Shown here piece after piece: positions 1 to 8,051 of a stretch of 64,000 bases of DNA (position 1 is its first letter; the number at the start of each line of letters is the position of its first letter). The stretch covers positions 124,001 to 188,000 of the IMG/VR virus record IMGVR_UViG_3300037116_000299. One strand, given 5' to 3'. The notes under the pieces were generated by a model that ran no database searches, was not told the origin of the DNA, and saw only the letters and a list, made by a program, of their open reading frames with translations. The translations under genes and the position numbers were made by a program.

Positions 1-2793
1 GTCCATCAGCTCGTTGAGCATCCAGTTGGGGACGCCGTCACCTACGCTGATGGTCTTGCCGTCCTCGGACACCAGGGCCTCGGACTCCATCGAGTACACC
101 TTGTTGAGCCACTCGACTGCGATCGAGCGACGCACTTCAGGCGACCAGGCGCCGCCGCTGATGGAGAGCTTGACGCCCTCCCCTTCGGAGGTGAACTGGT
201 TGAGGTAGAAGTCCCTGAGACCGAGGTGATGCAGTGTGGTGCTGCTCACGATACGGCCTTCGGCATCCTTCACATCGATCGGCTCATCCCAGCCATTGGC
301 GATGTTGTCATACGCATCCTCAGACAGCTCGCCCGTGAGGGACTTGGCTGCTTCGAACTGCGCACGCCACCAGACGCGCAACGCTTTGACGACGTCGGTG
401 ATGACATCGCTGCCGGGATAGGCCATGAGCAGCTGCAGAGGCAGCGGCTTCTTGAAGCTGTGCTCGAGCTGACGGGATTCCTCCATGATTCCCTCATAGT
501 GGTCCTTCAGCTCTTCCAGAGCAGCGCAGACCTCGGTACGGACCAGCAGGTAGTTGCCTGCTTCGATCCGGTCCTTGGGTGCACGGCCCTGGCGGACGTA
601 GGATGCCGGGAAGATGAGAGTCTTCTCCGACAGCTTGGCCTCCTGGCACAGTTCGGTCACCATCTTCTTGTTGCCCTTACCCTGCTGCAGGTAGTCGATG
701 ACCATGTCCGAGTTGCTCGCTGCGCGCTTGCACAGGAAGGGCTGGCGCACCTTCATGAACGTGATGCACAGCTGGACGAAGTCCTCCACCTCCGGCTTGT
801 AGTCCACGGGGATGAATTCCCAGAACCACTCCGGGCTGTTGATCTTGACGTCTTCCAACGACATGGCATGGAAGCCCTTCGGCACGATGTATGTGCCGTT
901 GATGAGGGAGTCCAGGATCACGACCACGTTGTCGCCCGACAGCATGTTGTCGAGCGTGAGGCGGTTGATGAAGGTACCCAAGCTCTCACGATACTGCGTG
1001 AAGTGCTTGAGGTCCCGACGGAAGCAGTTCCAGTTCCACTCGTCCCCGATACCCTCATGGGTGAGGCGGTTACGTGCGGCCCAGTGGCTGTCCTTCTTCT
1101 CTTCAACCGAGATCTTCGGCTGCTTCGGATACTCCTGGATCTTGGCTGCAACTCGGAGGACATACACCGAGTTCCAGAAGACCCAGATCGAGTCATCCAT
1201 ATCACCACCGTTGAGATAGCTCAGCTGTTCAGCGATCCGTTCGAGCAGGAAGCAACGGCCTTGGCCCTTGTACTTCTTCAGCTCTGCCGGGATGTAGTTG
1301 AGGAATACTAATGCTTCTGCACTGCAGGCATTGGGATTACGACCTGCTGTCACCAACACACCGTCTGGTGCATCCGGCATGCAGTTGACGAAGACAGGAA
1401 TGCCCAAGCGATCCGAGCACATCTGAGCACGTGCCATGATGTGATCCGGAACCTTGGACAGGGTGAGATCCACGATGCGCTCATCGTCGACGAATACGGT
1501 CGGCGGTGGTGCGACGTAGACACGACGCGCCCACTCATGAGGCATGGGCACACGGCCCCGACGTAAGTCGAGGATGTTGTCGAACAGGTGACGAGTGACG
1601 CGACGGAAGCCCACAGGCATAGCCTTGGTTCCGATCCCGTCCTCCGCCATGCGCACCAGCGCCCAGCGGTTCTCGCTCTCATCGTTGCAGGAGTTGACGA
1701 ATGCACTGATCTCATCGAGCAGCTTGCCTTCGTCGCTGCCGAACAGGATAGCCGCCGCACGGTCCATATACTTGATACCAGTGGTGGCTGCCAAGCCCTT
1801 GGCACCCAGGCCCATGTTGCCCATGGTCTGGTTGTCGAGGGTGAGGTCATGCTCCTCAGCATCCGAGAGTGCACCCAGGAAGACGCGGTCATCCACGAAG
1901 CGAACCTCCTTCTTCGAACCGAAGAGATAGAGGTCGTAGCTGCGCATGTGCGGCATCTTCCAGTAAATGCCCTTGCCTTCGCCGAACTCGCCGACGAGGG
2001 TAAGCGCCTTGTTGAAGTACCCGGGGATGTTGGAGATACCCATCCCATCGATGGTGGCGGTTTCAGCTGCGTTGAAACGGGTCATGTCCGCATCGAGAAT
2101 GCGGATAACCCGGCCGTTGTCCAGCTCGATCTCGTAGGCGGTGCCTTCGGGAACGATCGTACGGTCAATGATGTGACCCCGCATCGAGGACTGATGCGGT
2201 GCCAGGAAGCGGCGCAACCGCTTGGCTGCCTTCGCGTCACTGGATACCCAGATACCCAGATCCTTGAAGCTGCGTGCCTTGCAGTTGTCGGATACGAAGA
2301 GAGCGGTGCCCTCATCGATCACGTTGCCGTAGATGGGGACGTAGCGAATGCCCGTCTGCTTGTCGGTCCAGCCGGAGCGCACCAGCGACCAGGCCTTGTT
2401 GGCCATGTGCTTGGTGGCGTTCTTGCCGGATGCTTCGAAGCTGACGAAGCCGTAGGTGACGCCTTCTGCCAGGAGGTCATCGAGAGCCTGACGGGTCTCG
2501 CTGTCATCGATGGCAGTCTTCGAGTCGAAGGATGCGCCTTCCTTGCGGATACGGCGCGTGATCTCCTTCAGGTTGACCTCACCCTCAGCACCGTGGGATA
2601 CGGCGCTCAGCACCAGCTGGAATGCCAGCTTGCTGGTGGGTTCGGTTGGGGTAACGGCTTCTGCGACTGCGACTGCGGCCGCTCCAAAGCTCTCTGAAGT
2701 GATCGGTGACGCTGCAACCACTTCGTTGACAACGATACGGGCGATGAAGCGACCAGTCTTGGGGTCACGAGCTGCTACGGTTCTCTGAGACAT
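1..2793 (-). CDS. Single-subunit two-barrel DNA-dependent RNA polymerase, YonO/cellular RdRP-like (non-virion RNAP candidate); 3'-partial, >=931 aa
   Basis: Translated by hand from ATG 2793 (RBS AAAGGAGA) through the catalytic region, and the same frame is open at base 1. Motifs in RdRP/YonO order: KRLRRFLAP, TIDGMGIS (D249), GEGKG (K274), GSKKE, LDNQT, GRVPMP, AGRNP (R485), LNGGDMDDSIWVFWN (D531/D533/D534; 1192-1209), LGTFIN, SDMVIDYLQQGKG. Confidence 0.85.
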   Translation of the reverse strand, partial: MSQRTVAARDPKTGRFIARIVVNEVVAASPITSESFGAAAVAVAEAVTPTEPTSKLAFQLVLSAVSHGAEGEVNLKEITRRIRKEGASFDSKTAIDDSETRQALDDLLAEGVTYGFVSFEASGKNATKHMANKAWSLVRSGWTDKQTGIRYVPIYGNVIDEGTALFVSDNCKARSFKDLGIWVSSDAKAAKRLRRFLAPHQSSMRGHIIDRTIVPEGTAYEIELDNGRVIRILDADMTRFNAAETATIDGMGISNIPGYFNKALTLVGEFGEGKGIYWKMPHMRSYDLYLFGSKKEVRFVDDRVFLGALSDAEEHDLTLDNQTMGNMGLGAKGLAATTGIKYMDRAAAILFGSDEGKLLDEISAFVNSCNDESENRWALVRMAEDGIGTKAMPVGFRRVTRHLFDNILDLRRGRVPMPHEWARRVYVAPPPTVFVDDERIVDLTLSKVPDHIMARAQMCSDRLGIPVFVNCMPDAPDGVLVTAGRNPNACSAEALVFLNYIPAELKKYKGQGRCFLLERIAEQLSYLNGGDMDDSIWVFWNSVYVLRVAAKIQEYPKQPKISVEEKKDSHWAARNRLTHEGIGDEWNWNCFRRDLKHFTQYRESLGTFINRLTLDNMLSGDNVVVILDSLINGTYIVPKGFHAMSLEDVKINSPEWFWEFIPVDYKPEVEDFVQLCITFMKVRQPFLCKRAASNSDMVIDYLQQGKGNKKMVTELCQEAKLSEKTLIFPASYVRQGRAPKDRIEAGNYLLVRTEVCAALEELKDHYEGIMEESRQLEHSFKKPLPLQLLMAYPGSDVITDVVKALRVWWRAQFEAAKSLTGELSEDAYDNIANGWDEPIDVKDAEGRIVSSTTLHHLGLRDFYLNQFTSEGEGVKLSISGGAWSPEVRRSIAVEWLNKVYSMESEALVSEDGKTISVGDGVPNWMLNELMD

Positions 2794-2891
2794 GTGGTTC
2801 TCCTTTGTCCAGATCTCCACGATCTGAACGGCTATGCCAGTCGGGTAACTGGCGAGTTGTGGTTGTGAGTTGGGGGAGCAGGTCTATGCGC

Positions 2892-3074
2892 TTACCCCTG
2901 CCACGGGAAGTTGACATTGCTTACCCACGCCTCGTGGTCTTCCTTCTGCTTCTGAAGGCGTGCGGCGTATGCGACGTTCGACTCGACAGGCGTAGCTGGC
3001 TTATCGGCTGGGTACACATACAGAAGGAGTGCGCTAACGACGAGGAAACAAACGATGAAGAATGCGATCAACAT
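2892..3074 (-). CDS. Small membrane protein (60 aa, one N-terminal TM helix)
   Basis: Start placed at MLIAFF behind RBS AAAGGAGAAAGCACC; hydrophobic segment LIAFFIVCFLVVSALLLYVY. Confidence 0.7.
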   Translation of the reverse strand: MLIAFFIVCFLVVSALLLYVYPADKPATPVESNVAYAARLQKQKEDHEAWVSNVNFPWQG

Positions 3075-3161
3075 GGTGCTTTCTCCTTTCAAGAGAAAGC
3101 CCACAGTCATGAAGACCTGTGGGCAGTTAGAGTGAGGTTGACGAACAGACTGTTGGTCAGA

Positions 3162-3689
3162 CTACTTGGCGGACTGAGCGATCAATGCGATCAGGTCAGC
3201 CTTGGACATGTCGTTGAGCTGCGCTTCGAGGTTGGTCATCTCCACACCCGGGGTGCGGGCGATGGATGCTGCGGACGTGGCCTTGCCCCACTTGCTGAGC
3301 TTGCCGCTGATGCTCTCGCCGATGGATGCGGACTTCGACAGCATGTAGCCGGTGGCGTGGAGGGTGACTGGCACAGCCAGCACTTCCACTTTGCCGACGA
3401 CCGGAGCGGTCTTCTCTGCAGCGGTCTTGATGATGCTGCCTGTCCAGTTGATGAAGCGGTTGCTGACGCTGCCGCTGATGGCCTGGTCCAGGGTCTGCTT
3501 GGTGGCGATGGGTGCCACGACTGCTACTGTGGTTGCGGCAACCTGGGTGGTTGCCTGGGCGATTGCTGCTGCGATGATGGTCTGGAGCTGCTCTGCTGTC
3601 ATGGTCACGGTGTTCTCTTTGGTTGCCTTGGTGGACTTCTTGGAAGTTGAGTTGACGGTCGCGGTTGCTGCCTTGATGGAAACTGCCAT
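3162..3689 (-). CDS. Hypothetical Ala/Thr/Lys-rich protein (175 aa)
   Basis: Strong RBS AAAGGAGAACCACC-ATG, almost identical to that of the RNAP gene; phage-like codon usage. Confidence 0.75.
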   Translation of the reverse strand: MAVSIKAATATVNSTSKKSTKATKENTVTMTAEQLQTIIAAAIAQATTQVAATTVAVVAPIATKQTLDQAISGSVSNRFINWTGSIIKTAAEKTAPVVGKVEVLAVPVTLHATGYMLSKSASIGESISGKLSKWGKATSAASIARTPGVEMTNLEAQLNDMSKADLIALIAQSAK

Positions 3690-3932
3690 GGTGGTTCTCC
3701 TTTGTACGGGTTGGGGTTATTGATTAGGACCGGGTGGGCTCGAACCTAAGTCGAGGGTCACTCAGTACCACTGATTACCTGGTGTCTCTATCCCCAAACC
3801 TGTCCGCCCCTCGTGATGGCTCAAGGGACCTTTCCCACTCAGCGTGCGGTGAATACCCCACGTAATCGCCGCATGCCAGCCATCGCTCAAAAGCTGTCCA
3901 GGATGCAAACAGAAAAGGCCTCGCGTGTGGGC

Positions 3933-3962
3933 CTTTGGTAGTCGGGCGCCCTCCCTGACACT
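3933..3962 (+). promoter_or_regulatory. Class A putative phage promoter (CTTTGGTAG ... GACACT), probably leaderless
   Basis: Motif at 3933, NANNNT hexamer at +24, SD-less ATG at +36 (3969). Confidence 0.7.
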
Positions 3963-3968
3963 CGAGTT

Positions 3969-4298
3969 ATGAGCAAGGCAATCAAGCACGATCCCATCAG
4001 CACCAGCACGGCGAAGTTCAAACTGCGGGACACCTACGCACCGGGCAAGTTCGGCGTGTACCACGCCGATGGCGTCATCGTCAGCAGTCCGGTCATGCAG
4101 ATCGACGGCAAGTACGTGGCGATCTCCGATGAAATCTTCGTTGAAACCCATCGTCTGCTCTTCGACATCACCTCCCTGGGTACAGACGGACTGATGATCC
4201 AGGTCTACGAGAAGACGATGCCGGCAACCCTGTGGCAGCGCCTTCGGGCAGGCTGGCTTCGTCTCTTTGAACCGAGTGCTTGCCTGACGGGGTGCTGA
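3969..4298 (+). CDS. Hypothetical protein (109 aa)
   Basis: First gene of the rightward block; stop overlaps the next start (TGATG). Confidence 0.75.
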   Translation: MSKAIKHDPISTSTAKFKLRDTYAPGKFGVYHADGVIVSSPVMQIDGKYVAISDEIFVETHRLLFDITSLGTDGLMIQVYEKTMPATLWQRLRAGWLRLFEPSACLTGC

Positions 4299-4456
4299 TG
4301 ACCTTCTCTGATCTCATCCGCAGTCCGAAGTTCCTGCCCACCGTCATGGTGGCGCTGTCGGTGGCAGCATCCTGCCGGTACGCCCTCCAGGCGGACTGGC
4401 GCCACGCCATCTACTGGATGGCCTCTGCAGTTTTGGTTTCAGCAGTCACGTACTAG
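4298..4456 (+). CDS. Small membrane protein (52 aa), not in ORF track
   Basis: TGATG-coupled ORF MTFSDLIRSPKFLPTVMVALSVAASCRYALQADWRHAIYWMASAVLVSAVTY with two hydrophobic stretches. Confidence 0.65.
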   Translation: MTFSDLIRSPKFLPTVMVALSVAASCRYALQADWRHAIYWMASAVLVSAVTY

Positions 4457-4472
4457 AAGGAGTTCCCTAACC

Positions 4473-4838
4473 GTGGACTATTTGAAGATCGCCGAGGATG
4501 CCATGCGTGTCTTCGACAACCACTACGATTACGAGATCGATCTGCTCAATCGGAACAAGGTCATGCCCGTCCTGATTGCAAAATCGGGGAAAGACAAAAA
4601 CGCTGCATTCGACGAGGATGACCTGGCTCACATGTTCTTTTACCTGGAGACATCCAACTCGATCCCCAAGGATGCTGTTCTGGCCATGCCTCACGGATGC
4701 CCCTTTCAGACGGAGCGCGCGAAGTGTGTCTATGACTGGGGCCTCAACACCAGCCACCACAGTGGCCACGTCGTTCTCTATGACGCCGCTCAGGTTGATG
4801 CGTTCCGCTCGGCCGCGGCATTCAACATCAAGTGGTAA
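4473..4838 (+). CDS. Hypothetical protein (121 aa)
   Basis: GTG start with AAGGAG RBS; globular-looking sequence. Confidence 0.75.
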   Translation: MDYLKIAEDAMRVFDNHYDYEIDLLNRNKVMPVLIAKSGKDKNAAFDEDDLAHMFFYLETSNSIPKDAVLAMPHGCPFQTERAKCVYDWGLNTSHHSGHVVLYDAAQVDAFRSAAAFNIKW

Positions 4839-4901
4839 AACTGCGCCACCTAACCAGTTTCTGATTTCCAAATCAGAAACATCACAAATACCAGGAGACT
4901 T

Positions 4902-5417
4902 ATGACCCTCAATCACTACTTGCTGAACATCACCATCACCGACGGCATGTTGAACTCCGACAAGTCCGACGCCAACGACATCGAGGTCGCCGCGTTGGCC
5001 ACCGACCAGGAAGATGCGCAGAAGATCGTGCTCGCGTTCTACACCCAGTCCGGCCTGTCCTCGAAGGTGATCGACGGCGTGCACACCCTGTATCGCACGG
5101 CCGACCTGCAGAAGCCGGGTTCGATCCGCACGGTGCGCGTCAACACCATCGTCGATCTGCCGATCGCCACAGTGACCGAGGCCAGCTCGGCTCCCGTCGT
5201 GAAACCGGCCGTGAAGGCCCCCACTGCCAAGGAGAAGAAGGCAGCTGCTGCAGCTGAAGCCGCCGCGGGCGCGCAGGAGAAGACAGAAGATCCGATCGAG
5301 ACCCAGACCAAGGAGACACCAGGCGAAACCGGTGATGCAGGCAAGATCACCGAGGGAACTGGCTTCGGCGTAGGCACCCAGACGGACGCGCAGGAAGGCG
5401 CTACGGAACAGAAGTAA
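4902..5417 (+). CDS. Hypothetical protein with low-complexity Ala/Glu/Thr C-terminus (171 aa)
   Basis: AGGAG RBS; followed by a terminator. Confidence 0.75.
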   Translation: MTLNHYLLNITITDGMLNSDKSDANDIEVAALATDQEDAQKIVLAFYTQSGLSSKVIDGVHTLYRTADLQKPGSIRTVRVNTIVDLPIATVTEASSAPVVKPAVKAPTAKEKKAAAAAEAAAGAQEKTEDPIETQTKETPGETGDAGKITEGTGFGVGTQTDAQEGATEQK

Positions 5418-5488
5418 CGACATTGCATCTCGAACGGTTCGCCGCAAAGCGACTTCGAGGCACAACCACCCGGGTTACCGGGCTCAGG

Positions 5489-5510
5489 AAGCCACCTTCG
5501 GGTGGCTTTT
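5489..5510 (+). terminator. Intrinsic terminator
   Basis: AAGCCACC-TTCG-GGTGGCTT stem with UUCG tetraloop, followed by TT. Confidence 0.75.
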
Positions 5511-5520
5511 CCTGTTGGGG

Positions 5521-5550
5521 CTTTGGTAGTCCCCTGCCCTCTTCCATACT
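5521..5550 (+). promoter_or_regulatory. Class A putative phage promoter (CTTTGGTAG ... CATACT)
   Basis: Motif about 10 nt after the terminator; hexamer at +24. Confidence 0.7.
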
Positions 5551-5588
5551 CAGCACATCAGCCCAAACCGGGCGAGGAGATGAGAGCA

Positions 5589-5804
5589 ATGCCAGAGAAA
5601 GAAGCCATTCAGTTTGCAGTCACCGAGACCAAGATCCGCGACAAGAAGGTCGGTCGCGTAGGCACCGTAACCCTCGAGAGCGCCAACAGCAAGGGCTGCA
5701 GCCGGATCGTGCTGGTAGGCCAGGAAACGATCATCAACGACTACCGCGTCGGCGAGTTCTATGAGTTGACACTCAACCAGGTCACGGCGCCGGTCGCAGA
5801 CTGA
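5589..5804 (+). CDS. Hypothetical protein (71 aa)
   Basis: Start placed at MPEKEA behind GAGGAG; TGATG overlap with the next gene. Confidence 0.7.
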   Translation: MPEKEAIQFAVTETKIRDKKVGRVGTVTLESANSKGCSRIVLVGQETIINDYRVGEFYELTLNQVTAPVAD

Positions 5805-6058
5805 TGCGCACAGCCGGCATCAAGGTCTCCGCCGCCGACATCCGCCGCCTGATCGACGGCAAGTCGCTCACCATCAACCTGCCGGCAGATGTCACTACCC
5901 TCCAGATCACGCTCTACGGCATGGAAGACGCCAAGAAGGATGCAAAGACGGAGTTTCTGGAAAGTATGCGAGAAGTCGCTGCCGGTCTTCCAGGGCTCAA
6001 CAAAGAACGCGTCGAAGCGTTCCTACAACGGGTAGCAACGATTGGCAACAGATTCTGA
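5804..6058 (+). CDS. Hypothetical protein (84 aa)
   Basis: Translationally coupled ORF. Confidence 0.7.
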   Translation: MRTAGIKVSAADIRRLIDGKSLTINLPADVTTLQITLYGMEDAKKDAKTEFLESMREVAAGLPGLNKERVEAFLQRVATIGNRF

Positions 6059-6070
6059 AAGGACAGCACC

Positions 6071-6430
6071 ATGTGGAGTATCGCAATTGAAGCATCCATG
6101 AAGGAAGACGACGGCAGCTACGTGAAGGTCAACCTCAGCACCGAGTTCCATGGCGGCGAAGGCGCGCTGGACAAGCACCTCGCTGAAGGCGCCGATTCGG
6201 TGAACAAGTTCTTCGACCGTCTCGACGAAGAGCCGGAGCCGGAGCTTGAAGCAGTCCTGGGCGTATCCCACGCAGGGTGCGGTGGCCTCCGCGGAACACC
6301 ATTCGTCACCACGGGAAACATCACTCCTGCGGCCGGTGTCGACTTCCCCAATGGCTTCGCCACACTCGTTCAGTGCGAACCCCTGCTGCCCAACCAGCCC
6401 CGCATCATCTTCATCATCTCGGAAGACTAA
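6071..6430 (+). CDS. Hypothetical acidic protein (119 aa)
   Basis: AAAGGA RBS, operon position. Confidence 0.7.
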   Translation: MWSIAIEASMKEDDGSYVKVNLSTEFHGGEGALDKHLAEGADSVNKFFDRLDEEPEPELEAVLGVSHAGCGGLRGTPFVTTGNITPAAGVDFPNGFATLVQCEPLLPNQPRIIFIISED

Positions 6431-6466
6431 AGCCCTCACCCTCAGATCCACCCAGGAGCAGTTCAA

Positions 6467-6793
6467 ATGAAGATTCGCCCTCTCAGTCAGTACACCATCA
6501 TCAAACTCGATCCCTCGGAGAAGCAGATCGGCTCCATCCTCACGCCGGGTGGCACGTTCGAGCAGTTCAACGTGCCCAAGCGCACCGGAACCGTCATGGC
6601 CGTCGGCCGCGGTCTGGTGACCGCCGGCGGGCAGGTTCTCCCACCCCAGGTTGTCCCTGGCGATCGCGTCTACGTCCTTGAAGCCAAGGTCAAGATCGAG
6701 GTTGAGTACGACGGGGTCATGTGCCTCGCTCTTTCCGACGAGTCTCACATCGTCGGCGTCATCGTTGAAGACAACGATGGGAAGGAGGGGTAA
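6467..6793 (+). CDS. groES: GroES/Cpn10-like co-chaperonin (108 aa)
   Basis: MKIRPL..., mobile loop SEKQIGSIL, TGTVMAVGRG, VVPGDRV, IEVEYDG, DESHIVGVI match the Cpn10 pattern. Confidence 0.9.
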   Translation: MKIRPLSQYTIIKLDPSEKQIGSILTPGGTFEQFNVPKRTGTVMAVGRGLVTAGGQVLPPQVVPGDRVYVLEAKVKIEVEYDGVMCLALSDESHIVGVIVEDNDGKEG

Positions 6794-6858
6794 TGCCCTC
6801 CTTATGACGCACTAAAGGGCTTAGTGCCCTGTTTATGAACCAAACTGGAAGGAAACAC

Positions 6859-7080
6859 ATGGCAATCAATCGCAAGAAGCCTGGCGCCGTCGTCAAGCAG
6901 AAGTTCATCGTCTACACCACCGTCAAAGCGGACCTCGGAGTCCACATCGAGGCGGATTCCTGGGAAGACGCAGTAGCCGTCGCCAAGGGCCTCAAGTTCG
7001 AGACCATCGTGAGCACCGAAGGCCTCGAGTACATGGATTCGGATCCCGTGCAGATCAACTCGATCTCCAGCGACTCCTAA
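6859..7080 (+). CDS. Hypothetical protein (73 aa)
   Basis: Start at MAINRK behind GGAAGGAAAC; phage-like IEADSWEDAVAVAK motif. Confidence 0.7.
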   Translation: MAINRKKPGAVVKQKFIVYTTVKADLGVHIEADSWEDAVAVAKGLKFETIVSTEGLEYMDSDPVQINSISSDS

Positions 7081-7592
7081 TGCGCCCGCCTCTCTCCGAG
7101 CCACCCAACCGGAACCAGCAGCTGGTCAACACGCTCAGCGCGCTCTGTGAGCGGCGCGGGTGGACGAGTACGCTTGACCAGGCTCGTTATCTGTTCGGCC
7201 CGCACCACTGTGAGATGTTCATGGAGTGTGGCCGGTGGGTAAAGCGCTGCCAATGCGGCGCGGAGGTCGACCCCAGTCAGGGTGGCCACCTCCTTCACCT
7301 GATCCAGATCCTGACTGTGGAGATGACCAATGAAGTTGTATCAGATTCAGTACACGGTGACCTTCGGCAAGGGCCCGAGCGCCCTCTGCTTCCCGGACAC
7401 AATGGTAGTTCCAGCGAACACGGAAGCGGAAGCGAAATCATCCTTTATCGGGACGGTGGAGAGGGTTGGCACGCTGCTGATGAAGTTCAACGACACCCGG
7501 CTGATGGCCCCGATCCGCGACCTCGGCGGTTCGCTCGCTATCATCGGATGCTCGAAGCTCTGAAGCGAACCTTCTCTAAGTGGTTCGCCTGA
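7080..7592 (+). CDS. Hypothetical Cys/His-containing protein (170 aa); C-terminal half overlaps another ORF
   Basis: TAATG-coupled start; HHCEMFMECGRWVKRCQCG; true length uncertain. Confidence 0.5.
   Translation: MRPPLSEPPNRNQQLVNTLSALCERRGWTSTLDQARYLFGPHHCEMFMECGRWVKRCQCGAEVDPSQGGHLLHLIQILTVEMTNEVVSDSVHGDLRQGPERPLLPGHNGSSSEHGSGSEIILYRDGGEGWHAADEVQRHPADGPDPRPRRFARYHRMLEALKRTFSKWFA
7330..7563 (+). CDS. Hypothetical protein (77 aa), nested in another frame of 7080-7592
   Basis: GGAG RBS; phage-like VVPANTEAEAK motif. Confidence 0.6.
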   Translation: MKLYQIQYTVTFGKGPSALCFPDTMVVPANTEAEAKSSFIGTVERVGTLLMKFNDTRLMAPIRDLGGSLAIIGCSKL

Positions 7593-7651
7593 TCGCGCCA
7601 GGGCGGCGCTGATCAGATACTCAATCTAACCAAAGCGGTGAAACGCGATTT

Positions 7652-7686
7652 GGGGTACGGCCCTAAGAAGCCGTGCCCCTCTTTTT
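7652..7686 (+). terminator. Intrinsic terminator
   Basis: GGGGTACGGC / GCCGTGCCCC stem followed by TCTTTTT. Confidence 0.8.
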
Positions 7687-7695
7687 GTGCCCAGG

Positions 7696-7725
7696 CTTTG
7701 GTAGTCCGGCCGCGGCGCCCATCCT
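7696..7725 (+). promoter_or_regulatory. Class A putative phage promoter (CTTTGGTAG ... CATCCT), probably leaderless
   Basis: About 10 nt after the terminator; hexamer at +24; SD-less ATG at +36 (7732). Confidence 0.7.
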
Positions 7726-7731
7726 GGGTGC

Positions 7732-7938
7732 ATGGACGCCAAGAAAGAAGTCATGCGTCTCCTCAAGGAATCCGGAGTCGAGGAGCGCCATAACAAACAC
7801 CAGGCCTACCGGTTGAACGGTCATCTGATCGTGATCACCGGCACCAAGACTGACGACCGCGGCTGGATGAACAAGCTGTCGGAGATCCGCCGCGCCATCA
7901 AGACGCCGGCTGTAGAAGCTTTTCGGAAGGCCGCATGA
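7732..7938 (+). CDS. HicA-like small basic protein (68 aa)
   Basis: ERHNKHQAYRLNGHLIVITGTKTDDRGWMNKLSEIRR resembles the HicA-like (dsRBD-fold) pattern; no adjacent antitoxin seen. Confidence 0.45.
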   Translation: MDAKKEVMRLLKESGVEERHNKHQAYRLNGHLIVITGTKTDDRGWMNKLSEIRRAIKTPAVEAFRKAA

Positions 7939-8051
7939 TGCTCAATCGAATTCTCTGCTTCTTCGGACTGCATCGCTGGGTCCCGGCCGGTCCTTACATC
8001 GAGACTTGCCGCTGCTGTGGCGCGGTGCAAAACGTCTGGGTCCTCCTGTGA
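7935..8051 (+). CDS. Small Zn-finger-like phage protein (38 aa), not in ORF track
   Basis: ATGA overlap; LCFFGLHRW...TCRCCG (C-x4-H...C-x2-C). Confidence 0.6.
   Translation: MMLNRILCFFGLHRWVPAGPYIETCRCCGAVQNVWVLL

Noticed and set aside
226-2697. Long plus-strand ORFs 226-1311 and 1588-2697 in the track
   Set aside because: Antisense shadows of the minus-strand RNAP gene; no RBS or motifs. The same applies to the long minus-strand ORFs opposite the structural genes (e.g. 22669-24411, 25707-28106, 28534-30246, 41627-43597, 52209-54032), which are typical of high-GC coding DNA.
1-2793. Reading the RdRP-like gene as an RNA-dependent polymerase or RNAi component
   Set aside because: The context is a tailed dsDNA phage, and the characterised phage member of this family (YonO) is DNA-dependent. 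Template preference cannot be read from sequence.
3720-3790. tRNA-like GGTTCGAGCCC on the minus strand
   Set aside because: The T-stem does not pair beyond 2 bp and no acceptor, D or anticodon arms could be built
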